The notes under the pieces: generated by a model
What the model was told of the DNA's origin: nothing
Seen by the model: only the letters and a program-made list of their open reading frames with translations
Database searches by the model: none
Shown here: positions 54,984-64,000 of the stretch, piece by piece
Layout of the letters: every line of letters begins with the position of its first letter
How positions within the stretch are numbered: position 1 is the stretch's first letter
Translations under genes and position numbers: made by a program
From: Macrostomum lignano
Lineage: Eukaryota
Direction: 5' to 3'
Assembly (NCBI GenBank): GCA_002269645.1
Contig: NIVC01000978.1
Location: 1 to 64,000, forward strand
DNA length: 64,000 nucleotides

Positions 54984-57900
54984 AATCACTCCAATCTCTG
55001 TGTGAGGATCAATCCAATCTCTTTGTAAGAATCACTCCAATCTGTGTGGGAGAGTCACTCAAATCTCTGTGTGAGAATCACTCCAATCTGTGTGAGAATC
55101 ACTCCAATCAGTGTGAGAATCACTCCAATCTCTGTGTGAGAATGACTCCAATCTCTGTGTGAGAATGACTCCAATCTCTGTGTGAGAATCACTCCAATCT
55201 CTGTGTGAGAATCACTCTAATCTGTGTGAGAATCACTCTAATCTCTTTGTGAGAATCACTCTAATCTGTGTGAGAGAATCACTCTAATCTCTTTGTGAGA
55301 ATGTCTACAATCTGTGTGGGAGAGTCACTCCAATCTATGTGTGAGAATCACTCCAATCTGTGTGAGAATCACTCCAATCTGCATGAAAATCACTCCAATC
55401 TCTTTGTGAGAATCACTCCAATCAGTGTGAGAATCACTCCAATCTCTGTGTGAGAATCACTCCAATCTGTGTGAGAATCACTCCAATCAGTGTGAGAATC
55501 ACTCCAATCTGTGTGTGAGAATCACTCCAATCTCTGTGTGAGAATCACTTCAATCAGTGTGAGAATCACTCCAATCTGTGTGAGAATCACTCCAATCAGT
55601 GTGAGAATCACTCCAATCTGTGTGGGAGAATCACTCCAATCTCTGTGGGAGAATCACTCCAATCTCTGTGTAAGAATCACTCCAATCTGTGTGAGAATCA
55701 ATCCAATCTCTTTGTAAGAATCACTCCAATCTGTGTGGAAGAGTCACTCAAATCTCTGTGTGAGAATCACTCCAATCAGTGTGAGAATCACTCCAATCTC
55801 TGTGTGAGAATCACTCCAATCTCTGTGTGAGAATCACTCCAATCTCTGTGTGAGAATCACTCCAATCTCTGTGTGAGAATCACTCCAATCTCTTTGTAAG
55901 AATCACTCCAATCTGTGTGGGAGAGTCACTCCAATCTCTGTGTGAGAATCACTCCAATCAGTGTGAGAATCACTCCAATCTCTGTGTGAGAATCACTCCA
56001 ATCTCTGTGTGAGAATCACTCCAATCTCTGTGTGAGAATCACTCCAATTTGTGTGAGAATCACTCCCATCTGCGTGAGAATCACTTCAATCTCTGTGTGA
56101 GAATTACTCCAATTTGTGTGTGTGAGAATCACTCCAACCTGCATGAGAACAACTCCAATCAGTGTGTGAGAATCACTCCAATCTCTGTGTAAGAATCACT
56201 CCAATCAGTGTGAGAATCACTCCAATCTGCATGAGAATCACTCCAATCTCTGTGTGAGAATCACTCCAATCTCTGTGTGAGAATCACTCTAATCTGTGTG
56301 AGAATCACTCTAATATCTTTTTGAGAATGACTCCAATCTGTGTGGGAGAGTCACTCCAATCTCTGTGTGAGAATCACTCCAATCAGTGTGAGAATCACTC
56401 CAATCAGTGTGAGAATCACTCCAATCTCTGTGTAAGAATCACTCCAATCTGTGTGAGAATCACTCCAATCTGCATGAACATAACTCCAATCTCTGTGAGA
56501 ATGACTCCAATCTGTATGAGAATCACTCCAATCAGTGTGAGAATCACTCCAATCTCTGTGTGAGAATCACTCCAATCTGTGTGAGAATCACTCCAATCTG
56601 TGTGAGAATCACTTTAATCTCTGTGTGAGAATTACTCCAATTTGTGTGTGTGAGAATCACTCCAACCTGCATGAGAATCACTCCAATCTCTGTGTGAGAA
56701 TCACTCCAATCTGTGTGAGAATCACTCCAATCTGTGTGAGAATCACTCTAATCAGTGTGAGAATCACTCCAATTTCTGTGAGAACAACTCCAATCAGTGT
56801 GTGAGTATCACTCCAATCTCTGTGTGAGAATCACTCAATTATCTGTGTGAGAATCACTCCATTATCTGTGTGAGAATCACTCCAATCAGTGTGAGAATCA
56901 CTCTAATCTCTTTGTGAGAATGACTCCAATCTGTGTGGGAGAGTCATTCCAATCTCTGTGTGAGAATCACTCCAATCTCTGTGTGAGAATCACTCCAATC
57001 TCTGTGTGAGAATCACTCTAATCTCTGTGAGAACAACTCCAATCAGTGTGTGAGAATCACTCCAATATCTGTGTGAGAATCACTCCAATCAGTGTGAGAA
57101 TCACTCCAATCAGTGTGAGAATCACTCCAATCTCTGTGTAAGAATCACTCCAATCTGTGTGAGAATCACTCCAATCTGCATGAGAATAACTCCAATCTCT
57201 GTGAGAATGACTCCAATCTGTATGAGAATCACTTCAATCAGTGTGAGAATCACTCCAATCTCTGTGTAAGAATCACTCCAATCTGTGTGAGAATCACTCC
57301 AATCTGCATGAGAATAACTCCAATCTCTGTGAGAATGACTCCAATCTGTATGAGAATCACTCCAATCTGCGTGTGAGAATCACTCCAATCTGTGTGAGAA
57401 TCACTCTAATCTGCGTGAGAATCACTTCAATCTCTGTGTGAGAATTAATCCAATTTGTGTGTGTGAGAATCCCTCCAACCTGCATGAGAATCACTCCAAT
57501 CTCTGTGTGAGAATCACTCCAATCTGCGTGAGAATCACTTCAATCTCTGTGTGAGAATTACTCCAATTTGTGTGTGTGAGAATCACTCCAACCTGCATGA
57601 GAATCACTTCAATCTCTGTGTGAGAATCACTCCAATCTGTGTGAGAATCACTCCAATCTGTGTGAGAATGACTCCAATCTCTGTGAGAACAACTCCAATC
57701 AGTGTGTGAGAATCACTCCAATCTCTGTGTGAGAATCACTCCATTATCTGTGTGAGAATCACTCCAATCTGTGTGAGAATCACTCTAATCTCTTTGTGAG
57801 AATGACTCAAATCTGTGTGGGAGAGTCACTCCAATCTCTGTGTGAGAATCACTCCAATCCCTGCGTGAGAATAATCCAATCTCTGTGTGAGAATCATTCC

Positions 57901-58258
57901 AATCGGTGTGAGAATCACTTTAATCTCTTTGTGAGAATGACTCCAATCTGTGTGTGAGAATGACTCCAAGTGTGAGAATCACTCCGATATGTATGTGAGA
58001 ATCCTCCAATCTGCGTGTGAATCACTCCAATCTCTGTGTGAGAATCACTCCAATCTGTGTGTGAGAATCACTCCAATCTGTGTGTGAGAATCACTCCAAT
58101 CTGCGTGTGAGAATCACTCCAATCTGTGTGAGAATCACTCCAATCTGTGTGTGAGAATCACTCCAATCTGCGTGTGAGAATCACTCCAATCTGCGTGAGA
58201 ATCATTCCAATCTGTGTGTGAGAATCACTCCTACCTGCATCAGAGTCACTCTAATCTG
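54984..58258. repeat. 21/23-bp minisatellite GTGTGAGAATCACTCCAATCT(CT)
   Basis: Directly visible and heterogeneous; shares the TCACTCC-AATCT core with arrays 1 and 2. Confidence 0.96.
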
Positions 58259-58378
58259 TATAATGTATAAACGTAAAATCTTTATAAAAATTTCTATAAT
58301 GACACACGGAAGTATTTTAACCGATATATTGTTTTATAAGTTTTATAAGACGAAGAAATGCGTCTTTTTCTCTAATGA

Positions 58379-59975
58379 TTGAAACACTTCGAAATAGTAA
58401 TCGATAATAGACCGCTGGAGCCGATCTTAAATAAGTATACTTTGGACCAAATCGATAAACCAAGGTTTCAGCGACTGCACCAGAAGTCAGACTGTTTCAG
58501 ACTGTTTCAGACTGTTTCCAGCATACAGCCAGATGGATTAAAGGCAGTATTCACAAGGACGCAGATGCACTATCAAGGGCCCCAGTGGATCAGGCTAAGA
58601 GTGATGATGAAATTGCAGAGGATCACAAGGAGAGTCTTACTCTAGCCATTAACGAGTTGTCTGCTTCGGACAGTAAAGTACTGCAAGTGTCCAAAAGCGA
58701 TTCCGAATATCAAGAACTAAAGTCGATGATTCTTGATGGATTTCCTGACGAGAAAGATAATTTGCCGCTGTCTCTGAGGCCATACTGGAGCATGCGTGAA
58801 AAGTTCGCTGTTGAAGAAGAACTAATACTGGTTGGAAAGAGATTATTGATACCGAAAGAGATGAGACGAGAAGTGCTCGAACACCTGCTAAGCATGCACC
58901 ATGGAGCAGCAAAGATGAAGGAGAGAGCGCGCCTGTCGTTTTATTGGCCTGGCATTGACAACGACATTGTGAGGGTAGCAAAAGACTGTGTAAGATGTCA
59001 AGAGAATCTTCCGAGTCAGCAGAAGGAGCCAATGTTAAGGACAGAAGAGCCCGATAGAGTCTTCCAGCACCTTCACATTGATCTGTTTGAATTTGGAGGG
59101 AAGAGTTTCCTGGTAAGCCGTTGGCAAGTCCGGATGGGTGACACTCTACAGTCTGGGTTCGCACGCGCCAACATACAAAATTATAAATTACCTGAGGCAG
59201 AGATTTTGCCAGAAAGGAGTTCCTGATGTCATTTGGAGCAACAACGGACCGCAATTCACGGCAAAACCATTCTAGCGATTCCTGGAGCGATGGGAAGTTG
59301 AGAGTCGGACGTCATCTCCAAGGTATCTGCAAAGTAACGGAAAGGCGGAGGCCGCAGTAAAGGCCATGAAAAAAACTGATGAGAGGCAGCTGGAACTCAG
59401 TCTACGTGAGCCAGACTGGGACAAACTGAGCAAAGGACTCCTGATCTACATCAACTCAACTCGAACGATAGTGTTCGGACACCCAGTCAAGGACACATTA
59501 CCAATTAATCGGCGTGCATTTGCCAGAGTGGCAACAAGCAGCTGACGAAGTAGAAGCAAGGACAGTTTCCAGGCACGAGAAGGTGGAACAACACTACAAC
59601 ACGTCTGCAAAGGAGTTAGCGAAATTGAAGGTGGCTGATCGCGTGGCAATTCAAGACTCACAGACCGCTGTGAAATGAGACCGCTACGGAGTGATCGTTG
59701 AAGTAATGCGCAACAACGACTTCCTAGTCAGACTAACCAGCGGAAGAGTTCTAAGAGTTCTACGTAGGAACCGGATTTTTCTGGCGAGGCGATTGCCCAT
59801 GATGGTTGAGAACCGACAAGGGAAGCCAGAACCACAAGGCGCAGGACTAGGGACCAGTGGAATCGAACAGAATGAACCTCGTTGCAGCCGGCGAATCAGG
59901 AGACCCCCGGAGAGGATCCAAGCCGATCCCCGCAAAAAGTCCTATACGTGAACAATTTAATTTGAAAAGGGGGGA
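58379..59975 (+). mobile_element. Ty3/Gypsy LTR retrotransposon pol 3' fragment (end of RNase H, integrase), degenerate
   Basis: FEIVIDNRPLEPI and KDADALSR; HHCC region MHHGAAKMKERARLSFYWPGI...CVRC; FQHLHIDLF; SNNGPQF; SSPRYLQSNGKAEAAVK. Polypurine tract GAAAAGGGGGGA at 59964-59975. Frameshifted. Confidence 0.92.
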
Positions 59976-60350
59976 TGAGCGTATATCGTATTGAGCTCGA
60001 GCTCTCAAGTGAGAGAGCTAAGTTTTTCTGTTCGCTCAACTCGCATCGCAACACTTGGAATGGTACTTTATCATTTTTAGATGTTTTTTTACGAGGGAAG
60101 GGACTCCAATTGAGCACACTCAATTGCGAGTAATTGCCCAACGCATCACTCATTTAATTAATTGATACCATGTTTATCTACGATTATAACTGATTAGATT
60201 AAAATGCCCCCGCAATCTGAGTAGGTTATGAAGTTAAAAGTTCGAATTTATGTTAGGTGGTCTTAATTCATTGTGCGCCACTGTACATGTTTGCGCTCAG
60301 CTCTTAATTCGCTTCCAGTGAAGTTAGTTTTTTTTCACTGGCAGCGTTGC
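59976..60350 (+). repeat. Probable 3' LTR of the Gypsy element (end coordinate uncertain)
   Basis: Begins TG immediately after the PPT; there is no second LTR in the window to fix the end. Confidence 0.45.
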
Positions 60351-60675
60351 GAAACAGGTTCCCTTTAAGAACCCTCGATCACCAGGAAGGACCCTGGTCT
60401 CAGCTCACCTTCACCAGACTGCTGACACTTTGACAACCCCGACAACTGAGTTCCGCGTGCGCGCTGCACCCTATTAAACCCGGCAAAACTCAAACTTTTT
60501 CTTCCGTAGTCACTGTGTGTTTCCCAGTTGGCTGTTTGATAAGGCACAAATCTGTAACTGCGTGCTTACAGAAATGTATGAGATAAGGATCAATGTTTGC
60601 AAAATTTTCCCTGCGACCAGAACACAGTGGCTGTTTGATAAACACTTTATCATTTTTAATTTCACTATCGGACTC

Positions 60676-60930
60676 GACTTTGGGTTCGATTTCCGATCCC
60701 ACTGGAACAATTTGAGTCCCTGAGCTGAGGACACTTAACTCTGCATTGCTTCAGTTCACCCAGCTGTAAAATGGGTGCCAGCATTAGCTGGGGTAATTAA
60801 GGGTGTGTGGCGACCCCCCAGCAGTCCTTGGACTGAACAGCCGTACGCAGGCTTCAGATGCGCCGCGCAATTGCTGCGGCTGAGCTGTCGGTAGCACGTC
60901 TGCCATAAGGGCAGTTGTAATAAAAAAAAT
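60676..60930 (+). mobile_element. CORE-type SINE, 5'-degenerate copy
   Basis: B box GGGTTCGATTTCC, CORE-like region and 3' body match 43112-43422. Confidence 0.8.
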
Positions 60931-61419
60931 ATTGAACATAATTAACAGTGCAAACTATAGGCTCTGACCGTAGAAGGAGGCGCTGAAGCTTCCAGGTTCC
61001 GGGTAATATCTGTCGAAGCTCAAGGATATTAAGGCAGAGTCTGGTTGCAGAGAGATGTTAAAATCTTACCGTAATGTGCTACTTAAAGTAAAAATCTAAG
61101 AAAAATCAATCTAAATCTGCAGCCAAAAATTTTTTCATGAGTCGTGTAAACAGTGGCAAAGAAGCCTACATAGGACCAACGTTTGTTTGATCAAGTTACC
61201 AGAATTCAGCAGCTTCCATTGCTTCTGATTCGATCTCGCTTTTAGTCAACTTCAGATAAAGTCAAGCAAGCACCCCCTGAGACAAGCAGAAAGCTCACGA
61301 GCACCTTTCGAGACCACAGCCAGATGTCGGAAAATCACAGGAGGAGCACGCATAGGTTTCAAAGTTAGTTTAATGCCGAAGATTTGTATATAGCTACATA
61401 GGCATTTGTTCCCCAGTGT

Positions 61420-61468
61420 CTAGAAGTGGAAGTTTTGAGTGACTGATCACCACTCTTAAACTCTTCAC
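61420..61468 (+). repeat. Terminal fragment of the LTR-like dispersed repeat (copy 3)
   Basis: GACTGATCACCACTCTTAAACTCTTCA matches the end of 15330-15778. Confidence 0.55.
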
Positions 61469-61798
61469 TGTGGTTTCGGCGAAGCTGGCAGACACGCAGA
61501 TGCCAGCAAGGGAGCCGATGACAACCGCTAAGAATTGAGAATAATCTCTGCGTGATACGTTAAGAGAATTTTCTAGAAAAAGATTCAATGGGAAACTTGA
61601 CTTTACACTAGTGACAGAGTATAGTACCTGTGGGTTCGAATCAGAGTGCGGTCACACTTCAACTAAAGTTGGCCCCGTGCGCTTCACGACAGCCAATGAC
61701 GGCCAACCCTCGAGGCACAGAAAAGTATGGCCACTGTACACTTTAAGTGGCACTGTACATGCTAGAGGTCGGCCTCTCTCTCTGGAAGAACATGTCGA

Positions 61799-62480
61799 GG
61801 TTGTAGACTAGTAGGGGGGTTGTAGACTAGAAGTACGCTCGTAGGAGGGTTGTAGACTATCTAGTAGTGGGGTTGTAGACTAGAAGTACGCTCGTAGGAG
61901 GGTTGTAGACTAGTAGGGGGGTTGTAGACTAGTAGGGGGGTTGTAGACTAGTAGGGGGGTTGTAGACTAGTAGGGGGTTGTATACTAGTAGGGGGTTATA
62001 GACTAGTAGGGGGTTGTAGACTAGTAGGGGGTTGTAGACTAGTAGGGGGGTTGTAGACTAGTAGGGGGTTGTAGCCTAGTAGGGGGTTGTAGACTAGTAG
62101 GGGGGTTGTAGACTAGTAGGGGGTTGTATACTAGTAGGGGGTTGTAGACTAGTAGGGGGGTTGTCGACTAGTAGGTGGGTTGTAGACTAGTAGGGGGTTG
62201 TAGACTAGTAGGGGGTTGTAGCCTAGTAGGGGGGTTGTAGCCTAGTAGGAGGGTTGTAGACTAGTAGAGGGGTTGTAGCCTAGTAGGAGGGTTGTAGACT
62301 AGTAGAGGGGTTGTAGCCTAGTAGGAGGGTTGTAGACTAGTAGGTGGGTTGTAGACTAGTAGGGGGTTGTAGACTAGTAGGAGGGTTGTAGCCTAGTAGA
62401 GGGGTTGTAGCCTAGTAGGAGGGTTGTAGCCTAGTAGGAGGGTTGTAGCCTAGTAGGGGGTTGTAGACTAGTAGGGGGGT
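61799..62480. repeat. 18/19-bp minisatellite GGGGGTTGTAG(A/C)CTAGTA
   Basis: Directly visible; abuts the SINE at 62475. Confidence 0.95.
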
Positions 62481-62712
62481 TTTTAGAGCGTCGAACTCCC
62501 GATTCCCGATCCCACTGCAAGAATTTGTGCTGTAAAATGGGTGCCAGCATTAGCTGGGGTAATTGAGGGTGTGAGTGGCGACCCCAGCAGTCCTTGGACT
62601 GAACAGCCGTACGCAGCCTTCAGATGCGCCGCGCAATAGCTGCGGCTGAGCTGTCGGTTGCACGTCTGGCCCAATTGGGCAGATGTAACCAGTTATTATT
62701 ATTATTATTATT
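62475..62712 (+). mobile_element. CORE-type SINE copy with internal deletions and an (ATT)n tail
   Basis: GGGGTTTTTAG-AGCGTCGAACTC...GATCCCACTG...CTGTAAAATGGGTGCCAGCATTAGCTGGG... followed by TTATTATTATT. Confidence 0.82.
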
Positions 62713-63318
62713 TTGCGTTAAGCATTGTTTGGGAACTGTATTATACACCGTTGCCATGACTACAGCATTACAAGGATATGCAGCGCTGATTGCCAACCTG
62801 ATATTATTTACTTCCAAAGAGTCAGGCGCACTGCGGATTTAAGCCGAAGCGAATTTCAGTAGATATTCTGTCCGATTAACTGTTTTGCTCTACAAAAGCA
62901 ATTCAATTCAACCGGATTAGCAGTCACTGCAAGCAATGTATCTACTTAAATTTCCAAATTCTGACAGTCATGCGAGCCAAAAAATATGATTCCCAAAATT
63001 TTATCGACAGAGCTGATTGACCTTAAGTGGAATTTCAAATCAGAATTCATATCGCATTTATGAGTCATAGCAACAGGGTGGGAGCTTGCGAGTACTGAGT
63101 GCGACAGTCTAATAAGCGTGGTCAATGAAGGAAGAATATGTGAATATTGAAGTAATGACGTGGACCAAACTAGCTTTACCTGTTAACAACAACAAAAGCA
63201 TTTTTTGGCTTCAGCTGCAACAGCGAAGTTGTCATTCTTGTGTCTTGTGTTCTCCGGTATTCTTTGGTTCGTGCAACCAAAGAGTTCTATAATTAGCATC
63301 TGGAGAATGCTTCTTAGT

Positions 63319-63468
63319 CTTAGTGTCTTAGTGTCTTAGTGTCTTAGTGTCTTAGTGTCTTAGTGTCTTAGTGTCTTAGTGTCTTAGTGTCTTAGTGTCT
63401 TAGTGTCTTAGTGCCTTAGTGTCTTAGTGCCTTAGTGTCTTAGTGTCTTAGTGTCTTAGTGTCTTAGT
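63319..63468. repeat. (CTTAGTGT)n octamer repeat
   Basis: Directly visible. Confidence 0.95.
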
Positions 63469-63474
63469 GTATTT

Positions 63475-63784
<310 letters not shown>

Positions 63785-64000
63785 TTCTTACTGTCTTAGT
63801 TCTATGGCAGAGTATTTTGAGAAGATTCTTAAAACAATTATTGGTAAGGTACGAGTAGTTGCTCCTAAAAATTACAAAGACGTGGGTAGGAATTGATGAC
63901 AACGAGATCAATGAGAACTCTCAAAGTAAACACCATTTATTTATATATCACTCACTGTTAGGATAAAGCTATTAGATAAAATTTGATTAGTGCACAGTTT

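Overview
Eukaryotic (metazoan-type) genomic DNA with GT-AG introns, SINEs, LINE, Gypsy and piggyBac relics. About 60% is tandem repeat; there are no prokaryotic features or CRISPR arrays. The organism cannot be proven from sequence; the satellite richness and GC-rich codons are reminiscent of an invertebrate such as a free-living flatworm (inference only). The only credible host genes form a small cluster of 3-exon genes for GPI-anchored Ly6/uPAR-like (three-finger) proteins, which the ORF track misses because they are spliced. Three are intact on the minus strand: A (53782-54325), B1 (31448-32035) and B2 (46587-47174). There are also three broken pieces: the 5' half (51022-51292) and 3' half (44198-44404) of an A-like gene, separated by a 6.6 kb duplicated block, and a plus-strand exon 2 (12892-13027). 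That exon is fused in frame to a >12.9 kb 27/24-bp satellite whose unit resembles the exon's own sequence. The three intact genes share a TATA-like box and RFX/X-box motifs at matching distances from the ATG. Other notable items: a satellite built from the first ~18 nt of a tRNA/CORE SINE, a minimal hammerhead-ribozyme-like motif, a family of related ~23-bp minisatellites at six loci, and patchwork identity between duplicated units. All alignments and counts were done by eye; array lengths may be affected by assembly.
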